A stretch of 64,000 nt of DNA from Catajapyx aquilonaris (Eukaryota), in NCBI GenBank assembly GCA_000934665.2, contig KZ538540.1, positions 1-64,000 on the forward strand, read 5' to 3'. A program made the translations under genes and the position numbers. This document shows positions 48,501 to 61,375 of this stretch, piece after piece. The notes beneath the pieces were generated by a model. The model was not told the origin of the DNA, did no database searches, and saw nothing but the letters and a program-made list of their open reading frames with translations. Position 1 is the stretch's first letter, and every line of letters begins with the position of its first letter.

Positions 48501-51500
48501 GGAAGTTGCAGATCAAGTCTAGCAATGAGGATGTGTATGGGGTTTCCAGAGCCAGTTTGAATCGAATGAAAGGTAAGTTGGGATGTCATTTTCATATTTA
48601 ATTAACCATGACCCTCAGAAGTAATATTGTGCATACTCAAAAAGAGGAAATTAAAGATAAGGACAATCAAATAAGTACTGATGATTTTTTAATGACCTGA
48701 GGTTGGAGATCCTATGCAGGACAAGTGCTACTGACCTTACCTCATGCTTGACCTTTAACTTGACCCTGAAATATGATATTTTGAAAGTATTTTGGATTTT
48801 ACTGACAGAATTGGAAAGAGGTAAAATAAAAGGCAATACAAAAAAATGAAAAACAAAAAATTGCATTGTCACATGATAATGAAAATATGTGGTGCCGATT
48901 CAGCCATGATGAAAGTACTTGAGTACAAAGCAAATTGTCCTTTTTGTTATACAAAATGACTTTAGTAACTGTTCAGCATACCTTGTGTGCCAGAACTCAG
49001 CTCACATTAGTGTAAGTGGAAATTTCACAGATGCTTACCCATCATGAACTCATATTCCAAGTTGTGTATTCATGCACTCATTGTCATGCCTGATTGTGAA
49101 GTGCCAGGTGCAGGTGAAGAAGCATCTGTGAACTTATTAACCCTATGGATATGACCTCAACTGCGGAACATTTAGTGGTGCTTTCATGTAATGTTTCTTC
49201 TGCAGGGCCTGATACTGTGCAAGATACACAGGCCCAAGTGGAGCCTGGAATGAAAATGGAGTCATCAGTTCAAAGCACCGATGGAAGGGATATGGCCAAT
49301 GAGACTTCCATGCAACAAGACTCTAAACCTGAAAGTGGAGCTGCCAGCTACATATCATTTGGAATGGGAGATGTTGCTGCAGAGTTTAATGCTGTACTGC
49401 AGGAAATGGAGCCAAAGAGAGAGGAAGTGCGTAAAGCTACTCCACCTGCCCAGTTCCAACCTGTGCCTGAGGCAAAGCTTCAGATGCAACAGATGCAGCA
49501 GATGACAGACACATCTCTGTTTCAACAAAGCCCTATGTCACAACCTCCAGTTCAACAAAATCCTGCACCACAGCATCAAATCCAGCCAAGTGTTTCACCA
49601 CAGCCTCAAGTTCAGCTTGAAACATTTCCACTTCAGCAGTCAAAATCTGAACCACAAGCACAAGCACAATCTCAGTTTGTGCAGCAACAAATGCAATTTC
49701 AACAGCCACAGCCTACATTTCATCACCAACAACCTCTTCAGCAGCAACCGTCTCAGCCTCCATTTCAACCCCAGGCACAATTTCAGCAGCAACAGCCTCA
49801 GCCTCCATTTCAGCCTCAGGCACAATTTCAGCAACCTCAGCCACAACTGCAACAGTCACAGCCTGAGCCAATCCCAGACCCCCAGCCTACTTCAACTGGC
49901 TCACGCCAGACTTCACCTCCTAAGCCATCCCCTCGGCGTGTAGTTCAAAAGGTCTCCATGGGAGTTGGTCCCTCACCCCCAAGAGAAGTGGTGACCCATC
50001 CCTTGAAGAGGGAAGCCTCTGTTGGAACAGACAGGCCATGTCTGATGCACTTTGGACAAGAGTCAAAGTCTGGATATGGGAGCGATGATTCAGATGCATC
50101 CCTAGACACTTTCAAGAGCAATAAGGGAAAAGTTATGAGCTCAAGGGGTACTTCACCTCCACCTCAGAATATTTCCACTCAGGTGAATTATAAAGATTAA
50201 TGTTACAGGGAGACATTAATGTTAACATCATTAGAAAGTTTTTAACTCATTAAGTGCTGGTTGTAAGGACAAGTTGAGCAAGCTATAAAGATTGTTTCCT
50301 TTTTCTGTGTACTGTATATTGTATCCATGGCAGCTAAGTCTTAGTTCAACTTTCAATCTGACCATTAAAGATACATTGATGTTGCTGAAGGGTAATTAAT
50401 TCAGTGTAAATTGGTGTAAGTAAATTTTTGCCATCTGTAGTTGTAAAATGAATAACACTGTAATACATGAAAATCTGGATCTTACAGACATATGATGAGC
50501 TGCCCACCCCAAAAAGCCCATCAATGAGATCATCACCAAGGATACATCGATCAGTGTCTCAGCATTCAGTTGGAGTTGAACCTCACAGTATAAATCCATC
50601 TGCCAGCCGCAACCCAGCAATGAATCATCATCATGGACGATACCACTACCACAGAAGGAACTCTCCAAAACTGAAGAGAAGCCGATCTATTCACATCGGA
50701 AACCAAACTGAAGAATGGCTTTTTCCGCACTCCAGGCACATGCATCGTTCAGCTAGCAGGCAGAGCCTAGCCAGTGATACTCAGGTTTGTTTGAATGTCA
50801 ATTTTGCATTATGTGCATATAAAGACGTATATGGACTCACATTAGAAAAGAATGATATTATTTAATACCTTGCTATGATGTGAAGTGATGCTCATTTGTA
50901 GTGTACTAGGTGATTTACCAAAATAGTGGAGTGATATTTTGCAACCAGTATTGCTCCAGACAGGTAACCCATGGAGAAGCCAGATTGTCAAAATAAAAAG
51001 TTGGCATCTATTTTACCATTTTTTATGTAAATGGGAAATTCCTTGAGAAATTAAGTGGACTAGTCAACAGCATGTGGATAAGGCTGGTGATTTGTTCTAG
51101 TCACTTCTACACGTCAAGAGATTTAGTTCACCTTAATGAAAAAGTGAAATAAGTAGGGAGCCAAACCAAATGCTCCTGGAAGCTTGGGTCCGTTGCTACA
51201 GTATGGTTTCCTGCGCGTGCATGTTTGCCGACCGTTCAAAAAAAACCTTTCCAAGAAGCAAGTAAGTACCATATTACCATGCAGATTGTGGCATGCCAGT
51301 ACAAAGCAAGGTTGACCCAAAGGCTTTCACGGAACTGATCCTGGTAGTATACATTCTTGCAGAAGGATCCAGGGGGATCAGGGAGTGATGTAAGTGTTCA
51401 CGTTTATGAAAAATGCATTTTTCTAGGCTTGCTATGCTCCAAGGTGTACGCAATGCCCACTCCTTGTCATTGTGAGTTATTTAGCACAAGCTCATTGCAT

Positions 51501-54500
51501 AATGCTGAAATGTGATCGAAACTGCATGAATGTGTGTCTCACCATTCTTGCCATTAACTACTAAATGGAGCGTGCGAGGGCATGACCAAATGATGTTACC
51601 TTGTCCAGTCTCTTACGAAGTTAAATTGTGAGGTATTTCAGTTCCTTGCATTTTCTTCTTCATGTGGTCATTAATTCATTGCTTACATGCCCATTATATT
51701 GCCATGCAATAAAAAATGCGTACTAAGGGATGTCTTCCTGGTACCTCTGCTTGAGAATAATGAGAATTAATTTTCCCCTCTTATCATGGCTGATTTTCAG
51801 AGTCTGCCAGTATCAGCTGGGTCATCCAGAGAGGGCAGCCCAACCCCCCACTATGGCCCATCCCACCGTTACCAAAATGATGATTGCTACACTGACCACA
51901 GATATGAAGTATTTGACTCGTCCTCAAGGGGAAAGCAGCAACAGGAAGGCATAATAATGACTGGCAGGGGGTATGGGGATAGCTTGAGGGACTTGAGGGA
52001 CAACAGAGGAGGGGGATACTTTGACCACAGGAAAAATTCCCTTGACTGGAGTAAACGGGGAGGATACTCAAGAGTAAGATCTCTCTTGTGCCAAATAGTG
52101 TACTGATTAACCCACCCACTCAGGAATATGTGTATTTCCCTCTTCCACATGATTAATTTGTAATCTGATATTCCAGCATGGCTTACCTTTCCATTTTATC
52201 CATGTGTGTAATGTGAAAGGGTTGTTTAAATGGCAATGTAAATAATGGCGTGTGTGAATTGGTTGTTTTCAGTGGTAATGTGAATCCTAGTGTATGTGAT
52301 TCTGTGAAAGAGGATATGAATGTGACTGTTGGGAATATTAAATGTACTATTTTTTTCGTTTCTTGCATCAGATTGAAAATGGAGATGCACCTCATCACCG
52401 CAGTCACAGTCGAGTGGATTACCAGGCACCAGAATCTGTCCTGAGGGACCTGGACAATATGACTAATTTAGAAGAGGTGATCCAGAAAAGGAGGCAGCAA
52501 CAGGAAACCATGAAACTACAAGGAATGGAGCTTGTCAAGCTACTAAGAGTGAGTGTGTTGTAACATATCACATGTTTTGTTCTGCTGCTGTATATTTTCA
52601 CATGTTTTTAATGGTAAGGTAGTGACGTGTGCCAATAACTTGAACACTACTGGTACTTGGAATGATGAGGGTTATTAATCATCTACCCAAGTGGTACCTG
52701 CAGAAGAAAGTTGCATAGAGACAGGTGTACAAATAGTGAAACCTGCAGAGGAGAATTNTTACAAACCAGCTCGTTGGCGCGCGCACGTTGCCAGATGATG
52801 AATTCAATGTCGTGAGGGTTGCGGGCTATTCAGGATCACGTTAATAAGATCCTTTGTAGCACATCATCACATACAACAACAACAACAACATCACGACATT
52901 TCCCTATGAGGGGTAGTCATCATCACATAATTATCTGAATTGAAGTTATAAGTCCATACACCTTTCAGACTGAATTTGTCAAGCCTGTCACCAACTTTTT
53001 GCTCATGAGGGTGATGTTTCTTGCCCACAATCCATTCATGCCCATTTTTTTCCATGTTATGATTTGCTGAGGCTATGAGATGGCCTCTAATGCAGTAATT
53101 ATTCCGCTACATACAATGTTTCCTTACAAGGGGACCTAAAAATGCTATGTTTCTGCATTATATATGCTTTGCTATAGCTGACAAAAAAATTAATTAATAA
53201 TTTTTTCTTGTTTCTGACACTGCAAAACAAGGTTCATTCATATTCATGCAGGTTTCACTGTAGGAGAATTGCTCTCATCTGCCATGTTATGATGCGTAAA
53301 TGATCTTTCTTTCCAGTTAGATACTTTAATATTTGCACATGTATCACTTACTTAGGAAGCAGAACAGCACAACTTCACAGCAGATGACCTTCAGATTGCC
53401 TTGAATCACTGTGAAGAAAAGAACCCACTAACTTGGCTCCAAGAGAACCTCCGTAACATGGTGGATACAGTAGTCATTTTAGCAACAAACTATGGACATG
53501 AGAGAAAGGAGAATGATATTGGAACTATCTCTGTCACTGAGGCAAGAGATGCACTCAGATCACACAAAGGAAATGTGTGGTCTGCTGTCACTGAGTGTGT
53601 GGAACAGAGGCAAAAGAAAGTGAGTTTATTTGAAATGTGTGATTTTTAAAATAGACTGGACAAATTTAGGAGCAGTTGGACCAAAGCAAATTTCTGAATA
53701 TTTCTGATTATGCACAAGTATTCGCCATACAAAATCCAAGAAAACCCCAAGATTTCCTGCATATTTTGTGTCCATACAACTGCACTTTACTCCTGTTTCA
53801 AGAAAAAAAAAAAGCCCTACCAGCAAAACCAGTAAGGACGAAAGCCACTTGCAGGTCTTGTGCATGACCTTTCTCCTCACCTGTTCTGCAGAGAGGGCTT
53901 TTTTCTTATTCTCTTATGGCAGGTACTTCTGGAATGTGCTAGTGCTAATGGAGTGGCAATTCTATCTGTGACAGTATGTGGAGCTGTCTGCAAGGGGAAA
54001 TTTTACTCGAGAGGATGTAGTGACAGCTCTGACAGTGAACCATGGCAATGTTGAGGCTGCCTACCTGGAACTGAGCAAGTCACAGCTAAAGCCCTTTCTG
54101 ATGAGGATTTGGGGGCCACCTGCTGGCCAAGAGAATGAGAGTGGAAATGCTGCTGCTGAAACAAAGGCATCCGTAAGAGCCCCCACGGCACAGGAGGAGA
54201 AAGTTGGGGAAGAAGGTATTATTATTTTATTTTTTTTTCATTTCATGTTATCCAAAATCATTACATGTGGTGGTATGAATAATGAGTAGCTGTGATCCAT
54301 AATGATGTCTCATGGCATGGTGTAATTTGTGGGAGGAGGCCAACAGTGATAACACTCATACCTTTTTAACAAATCAGTAGGCCTCCTCAAACATTACACT
54401 GTGGGCTTGGCAAGCATGTAAAACTATTCAAATCATTGCTTCCTCGTTAATCTTAATGAGGCCTTTTTTGCCTCATGGCTGGGTTGTGTTGCACTGCCTA

Positions 54501-57500
54501 TGATATATGTGTAGAGGGGAGTCATAGCAGCCAGAAATTAAATCAGTTTGACATACTCTCGAGATGAGGGAGAGGGCTTCACTGTATGTTGTGCTAAATA
54601 ACATGTGAATTTCTGTCCTGTTTGTAACCCATGTCTTTCTTAACGTGTTCTTATTTGAAGACCTCAGGGGAAGGTCCACTTTTTGTCAAAAATGAGTTAC
54701 ATATCTCAGAAGATAGTTTCACTAGCGTAGAATATGATGGTTTGGTCGTGGTTGGGGAGTAATGATCATAGTACAATATGGAAGGCTCCGAAAGTGGGAT
54801 TTACAATGGAACCTTATGGGCCTTCGAAATTTGAAATAGGAAAATCTCAGTTTCACCTGCATTGGACCTTGATTGTCCTTCCCTCGAGGTCTTCATATCT
54901 TGCCATGCATTATGCAAATTACAGAGTAATACTGTCATGCCTGCCACAGTAACCCAGACCACTCACTGACTCATGCCTGATGAAATAACAATTGACAGAT
55001 TCCTATGAATTTGTCAAGTCAAGAAATTGTTTAGTTTGGTGATGGCCTTGTTTACTAACCTCACGTCATGTTTGCAGATGACGTTTCAGAATTTATGGAT
55101 GCTCATTCTGAACTGGAGTCACCAGGTGATGTGCTGATCAGAAAATTGGACCAAGCAATGGCAGCAGGACCAGTCCAAAAAGGTAGCAGTGACCAAAGTA
55201 ACAGCTCTGAACAAAAACTAACCTCCACCATGAGTGATCCCGACCCACCTGCAAACACGGTGGAAGGTCGGCCAGCAGAAGGTGGAACAGTAAGGGAGAA
55301 GGAGCAGGTGGAGGAGGAGGAGGGAGAGAAGGGAGTCCAGGTTGTTGAGGCACAGGCCGGGACTATTGTGGCTCAATTCTTGCAGGCCGAGGCCGCAAGT
55401 AGTGCAAGGGAAGAGGAGGAGGGTAGAGTAGAGGACACTATGGGAAATGGACCAGAGGACAAGGTGGGTGGACAGCAGCCTCCTAACGATGGAGAAACAT
55501 TGGCTCAAACAGATGGAGGGGAAGCACTGCAGACAGTCGAAGCAGCCAAAAATGAGATGCAAGAAACATTGGTTCACACAGTAGCATTAGAAGCAAATGC
55601 TCAAGCTGATATTCTGGAGGAGAATGCAGTTACGAAGCCCACATCAGACCATACTCCTGAAGGCACTAGTGAAATTGGGTTAAAAGAAACAAAACCAGAA
55701 CTAAAAACTCAGAGTGGGGAAAATGACCATGTTGTGGTGAATAATGCTGTAATGGAGCCAAGAGATACCAACAATGATGATAAAGTAACAGTTGAAGAAG
55801 AGAAAGCAGGTGATATGGGTAATCCAACTGCTGCAGCAGAAGGATCTCAGCCTTTGGTGAATGGTGCCATTACAGCTGCAGGGGAGCCAAAAGTAGTCAA
55901 CGGCATCACTTTAGCTGTGGAAGACATTCAACCGATAGTGAATGGTGTTAGAAAAATTGAGGAAGAATCAAAACCCATATCCAATGGCAACAGTGCTATT
56001 ACAGAAATTGAAGGCAACAATAAATTAGCATCAAAAACCAAACCCAAGACAAGGCTGCAGGAGCAAGCAGAAAAGAAAGCAGCCATGCAAAAGCTCAAGT
56101 TTGATGTAAGTCTGTTTTGTACGTATGTAAGGATCACAGTCTAATCTCTTTGGTGAAAAATTGCAGCGACAAGTTAGGCGCTACTTGGCAGAGGGAAAGG
56201 TGCAGAACTATGAGAAAGCGGAATTGGCTGTGCAGTTGGTCAGCTTCAAATTTGATGAAGCTGAAGCCCTTTATGCAGCCAGAGAGTGCAGTAATATGGA
56301 TGCTGCGATTTCTTTCTTGCAGCAAGAGTGCGACCTTTGTGCTTCCAAACACACTATGAAACAGGTGAAGAGCTACTTTCTGGTTTCTATTTTATAAGAC
56401 AGTGCAGTAGGTTTAAAATGCAAAAGAAATGGCTACAAAAAATAACTCTATAGTACTATACACTTTATATGGAAAGAAAACATTTCAAATTAAAACCTTG
56501 GAACATTGCTGTGACCAAATAGGAAATGGAGGAATCCATTGCTGAAAGTGAAATGAAGACATTAATCTATCTTTCAAACTGCTAGATGGTGTCTATGCTG
56601 AGGTGCACTCACCGTTGCTGTCGGGACTGTGCAAAGGACTACTTCACTATCCAGGTTAGGGACAAGAGTATTGTTGATGCTGTGTGCCCATTTTGCAAGG
56701 AGCCTGACCTGGGCAAGGAGGAGGGAGTAGAAGAGGAAGGAGATTACTTTGTCCACCTTGACATGCTGCTCAAGGGAATTCTTGACCAAAATATGCATGA
56801 GCTCTTCCAGAGGAAGCTCCGAGATAGGACGCTTATGAAGGACCCAAACTTCAGATGGTGTAACAAGGTACAGATTGTAACCTATTAAATAGTTTTCCCA
56901 CTACTACATGCAGATTTTTGTTACAAAGTAGTTCATTAAGCAGATATTACACTGTGCATATTAAACTTTGAAAAATGCATAATGCCATCTCCTATGAGCT
57001 TTGAAACAGGTCACTAAATTTTGGCCAGTTTATATCAGTTGTATGCTATGATTTTGATGCTTTTCATTAGCCCTCTCTAACTTGAAGTCTTCTCGTTTAG
57101 TGTTCATCTGGATTTATAACTGATCCCAATCACAAGCGTCACATATGCCCTGATTGCAAGGCTGTCACCTGTGCCATGTGCCGGAAGCCTGTAAGTATTT
57201 CAGTGCTGTATGGAAAATATTACTATGACCAGCAATTTCTTTTTCTTTTAAATGCATCCAGTGGGAGAAGCAGCATGAAGGCATATCCTGTGAGCAGTTT
57301 GCACAGTGGAAGGAAGAAAATGACCCTGAGAATCAGGCAGAGGGTGTGTCTTGTTACTTGGCCAAGAATGGAATCACCTGTCCCCGATGTCATCAGGTCT
57401 ACTCTCTGGCCAGAGGAGGGTGCATGCACTTCTCCTGTATGCAGTGCAAGTTTGAGTTCTGCAGTGGTTGTGGACAGCCCTTCCGTATGGGGGCCCAGTG

Positions 57501-58656
57501 CGGTTTGGGACCCTTTTGTGCTAAGTTGGGGCTGCATGCACATCACCCAAGGAATTGTCTCTTCTATCTTAGGGACAAGCAGCCGCATGAGCTGCAGGCA
57601 CTCTTGCAGGTCAGTCAGTGTATAGGGAGAACACATGAGTACATAACACAAAAGTTTGAATGAAGTTAATTTGTGGTAGGTGTTTTCAAATTATGGAAAC
57701 TCAAATAATACAGTATATTGTATGATAAAAATTCTTAGTAATCATACAAGAAAGTGTCAAGTGAAAATGTCTTTAGCGAGTATTAGACCATTAGAAGGAT
57801 TTTGAAAAATTAATGTACCATTATGGCAGGTCTTCGAGACATTTTAAAATTGATCATGAAACACTTCACATTGAGCATAAACTGATGCCTGTGATGCTAT
57901 GGGGATTTTATTTCACATAATTTTAACTCCTGACTCTTTTTACTTTCAGGAGAAGGACATCATGTTTGATACCTTGGGTCCAGGTGAAGAGGAAGAGGAG
58001 GAGGAGGAGGAGGAGGAGGAGGAAGAAGAAGAAGAGGAGGAAGAGGGGGTTGAAGAGGAGGAGGATGGACAAAAGGTTGAAGGTGACGAAGAACATCTTG
58101 AAGTGCAAGGAGCCACAGCACCAGTTTTGGTTCGCAAGCCTAAGTGCCTGGTCCAAGTCCAGAAGGAGACTGCTACAGGGTTTGAAGATGGAGTTTGTGG
58201 GAATGATGTGGATAAGGGACAAGCTGGACTCTGCCTGTAAGTGACAAGAAATGTGTGTAAAGGGACAGCTTCATTTGTCATTTTTAAAATTATTTTACAG
58301 AGTACATTATGTGGAGTACTTGGGCAGTTTGATCCACAAGCATCAACTAGACCCTCTTCCAATCATGAGTAATGATGACTTGGAGACCATCATTCGTAGA
58401 GCTGATAAGAAATTGCCTGGGCGACCAAGGGGAATGTCTGATCATGATTACAGGGAAAGTTTACTTAAGGTAGGAAACAGAAATTGTGTTAGTGTCAAAT
58501 GAATTGCCCTTGCCACTAGAGCTTTTGGAGCTGGTGTCAATGTACAGCTCATCATGCAATAACCTGCAGAGTACAAGAATGCATAGCAGGGATTGCCTAA
58601 GAACTGGTGACATTTGTCTTTTGCAGATCATCTATGATGAAATTCCCCTTGAGTGA
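33573..58656 (+). CDS. RNF31: Linear ubiquitin E3 ligase HOIP/RNF31 (LUBEL): PUB-like, B-box, NZF, UBA, RING1-IBR-RING2, LDD
   Basis: Phase-compatible exons: 33573-33985, 34255-34392, 34533-34707, 34772-34990, 38577-38669, 43325-43442, 43515-43675, 44486-44665, 44810-44909, 46072-46403, 47234-47521, 47879-48572, 49206-50182, 50488-50784, 51801-52073, 52372-52548, 53356-53619, 53975-54215, 55078-56105, 56167-56364, 56586-56867, 57101-57190, 57262-57609, 57950-58236, 58301-58469, 58627-58656. Motifs: B-box [71 protein letters not shown]; catalytic [32 protein letters not shown]. The start codon and the link between the PUB exons and the rest are less certain than the RBR region. Confidence 0.92.
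35298..35490 (+). mobile_element. tRNA-derived SINE (resembles the Talua-type body), 3'-truncated
   Basis: B box GGTTCGAATCCC and body GGTTTTCTGTGGTTTCCC...ATAGGCCACAGCCGCTTCCTTCC. A second copy lies on the minus strand at 63550-63830. Confidence 0.75.
35593..36250 (+). mobile_element. Possible pogo-like transposon 5' remnant
   Basis: TA + GGGTGAAGTGGGGGAAGTGCACACCCGGGGTAAGTGCACA terminus, followed by a decayed ORF weakly like a psq/CENP-B HTH (…[17 protein letters not shown]). No right TIR found. Confidence 0.4.
36400..36610 (-). mobile_element. SINE of the 3729-4000 family
   Basis: The reverse complement shows GGCATAGTGGTTAA..GGAGGTCCC..GGGTTTTCTCAGGGTACTCC, shared with the 3729 copy. Confidence 0.6.
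39718..39886. mobile_element. PIF/Harbinger MITE (same family as 14519-14661, opposite orientation)
   Basis: AGGTGCATTTACATGTG / CACATGTAAACGGGGCT with TAA flanks. Internal CTGAGTAACCCGAGT is the reverse complement of the motif near 14590. Confidence 0.75.
39890..40451. mobile_element. piggyBac-type MITE
   Basis: TTAA-CCTTTAACTACGTAGGTGG...CCACCTACATAGTTAAGGG-TTAA, with internal repeats of CTCAGGCTCCACCTACGTAG. Confidence 0.8.
41472..42315. mobile_element. Tc1/pogo-type non-autonomous element
   Basis: 27-bp TIR CCATATTACCTCACATAAAGCGGCATG / CATGCCGCTTTATGTGAGGCAACATGG with TA flanks and subterminal ATGCCGGTAT repeats. Confidence 0.8.
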
Positions 58657-59196
58657 GGAGTGGACCACTTCTGCCAACTGGAGCATTTATTTCTTCACCA
58701 GTTTCAAGACTATGTCTACCACATCATGGACTCTTAGGAGCAGTTGCACTGGAACTATGAAAGGTTTTTCAGCTGGAGAAATTACATGAATGTGGAAAAT
58801 CGTATTGTTGTCAACAGACAAGAATAAGGAATTCTTCCATATTTCTGCATATTTACAGCAGAAAAATATTTCCTGGTTGTGGTGCAAGCAGCTCTTAGGA
58901 TTAAGTATTAATACTTAACAGTCGGATAATAATCTGACAAGTCAGTTCATCAGGGTTTTGGTTCTCACTACTGTTTTGTTACCAGATTTTGAGAAAATGA
59001 GAATCTATATTATTAATATTGAAGGAGAAAAACTGTGATACCAAAGCCATGTGTCCTCTGGTCATTTCTATACAGTGTGGTTTGTTCAGCTTTTTTTCCT
59101 TATTATCATTTTGTAGTTATGTTGATAAAAAATAATGCATATTCAGTTGTCCACCTGTTAATGCAGATAGGGTAGCCTTTTCATTTGTATACATTT

Positions 59197-59202
59197 AATA
59201 AA
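59197..59202 (+). terminator. Candidate polyA signal of RNF31
   Basis: AATAAA ~540 bp after the stop codon; further copies near 59706 and 59844. Confidence 0.4.
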
Positions 59203-60499
59203 ATATTGCCCTGTTTTGCAGATGGGAAGTGCAAGTGAAAATATAAAAATTTGCTTAGCATTACTTTCAGTTTATTATGCATTGCAAGAGTAACCCATGA
59301 CATAAAAAATTGTGCTTAAATAGTATGCAGCACAAACCATAACATAATTAAATGACCTGCAACTCCTAAACTTCCTAAAAAAAACTTACAAGCAATATTT
59401 TTCAAGCATCTCACAGCCTCCCTGTGATTCCAATGCATAGTTGTTGTCGGGGGAAAATACCAGTGGTACCTGGAATGCCAACTTAATTTTATTTATATCA
59501 ACCTAACATTTTCAAGCCTAACCTAATTAAGCTAAATTGACCTAACCTACTCTACCATTATATTATTCCTGTATTGACCACTTAAGTTATTTCGCATTAT
59601 TTTGTAACTTATGTTGGCAGTTATGGGCTTAATAGGGACATCTTTGATGTGTCTTTGAGGCCTCCTCATTTTCCTGTTGTAGTCATAGTGAATCATGAAT
59701 CTCAGAATAAATTGTATGCATGACACCCCTGCACTTTCTTTTGATAGATTTAAGACACTAACATGTTTTTATGCAAGAAATGTGTGGGTAAGCGAATGAA
59801 AATGATTGGTTATGTTGTATCACAGAGTTCAAAGTATTCCGAAAATAAAGTGATACACTTTCTTGGTATGGAAATCTTTTTAGGTACAGATGTCAATTAA
59901 ACTTCAGCATTCCTCTAGGTCTGAGTTTGGTGATGGACTCCTTTTGTAGATTATTGTCGTGATTGCAACATGGCCTTTTAAAATTATGTTTGTATCATAC
60001 AAATATGGCAACTAAGCATGTATTTCTGAAACATAGCAAGTGAACCTTCTGTTACTGATCTAGCTTGTTTCCATTTGATATGAAGATAGGGAGAAATGAT
60101 GAAGTATGTATCCTGATATTTTGTATAAGAGAAGCGCGAGGTGATGAGTTTTGTGAGCACACAGTAGTATGTTACTTTCTGATGCAGGTGTTAAAAAGGA
60201 AGGGTCGATTCAGCCTATCATTCCAGGTGACCAATACAGATGGTGCACTAACTGCAGATATGCTTAACTGATGATTAAACCAAGGGAGTACGCACCTCTT
60301 TCAGGTATATTCTCACAAATGGCTCACACTTGCCGAGAACGTAACCTTTACACCAGCCTAGATCTCATGCACCTAGGTCGTCGCCCTGTACACTTGCATT
60401 GGCCGCGGCAGGTAAACTGGCATGATTTAGTTCCTTACGTCTGATAAGCAAGAGCAGCAAACCCATAAAGAGGAATATAATATATCTGGATATGAGTTG

Positions 60500-61375
60500 A
60501 AAAACTGACAGCGAGTTCAAATATGGCTCCCGGCCAGCGACAGAGTTACCAGCTGTTACCCGTGGTGTTACCAGATCGGCCGCGGTGTCAATATGTTTAC
60601 TTCTAAAAATTAGTAACTAATCCTTCACCCGGTTCCTCTCCCTTGCGTTGATGCCATCTTTATCTTTCCCCTTCTTTCCTTCTCAGTTTTCGCCGCCCCC
60701 AGCTCCCCTGGCGTCCTTCCCTTGAACCAGGTGCCCAACTTTCGCTCTTTCAGTACACCCGACGTCGCGGCGCTCAGTCCCACCGTCTTTCTACACAGGG
60801 CAGCAAACTCTCCCATTCGATCCCCTTCCCTCCCCCCTCTGGAGTAGGACGACTTTCCCCCTCCCTCCACCTCTTCCTACCCTCCCTTCACCCCCCTCCT
60901 CCTCCCCCCTCTCCTTCCTACCCTCCCTTCACCCTCCCCCTATTTCCCCAGTTTTCGCTCGTCTCTCGCTCTCTTCTCGCTCCCCCGTATGTGACATGGC
61001 GTCCTATGTGTTCTGAACCCCATCCCCCCCTCCCCTCCTCTCCTTCTGCCCTCACCTCCTCTCTCTCACTCTCCGCCACCACTACCCCATCATCTCCCGC
61101 CCTACATTCTATATTTCGACCCCTCTCCACCCCCTGTCCCGTCCACCCCCTCCGTCAGACAACCCCAGTGCTCCTCGGCCCCTTCTTCCCGCACCGCCCC
61201 CGAATACCACCTTCGCCCCTGGATCCATGAGCCGATCAGGGGGATAGAGAGAGAGAAAGAGAGGGAGGGAGAGAGAGAGAGAGTCAAAAGGGGGGCATAC
61301 GCGAAACCAGAGGGAATTGACTCCAGGGGGTTGGTTTCACGGCCGAAAACTTGACCCTAAGACAGGCCTGCATTG
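60500..61375 (+). promoter_or_regulatory. CpG-rich promoter and long pyrimidine-rich 5' leader of WAC
   Basis: CpG reappears here; GCCATCTT YY1-like motif near 60653; C/T-rich tract followed by a (GA)n tract before ATG 61376. Confidence 0.55.
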
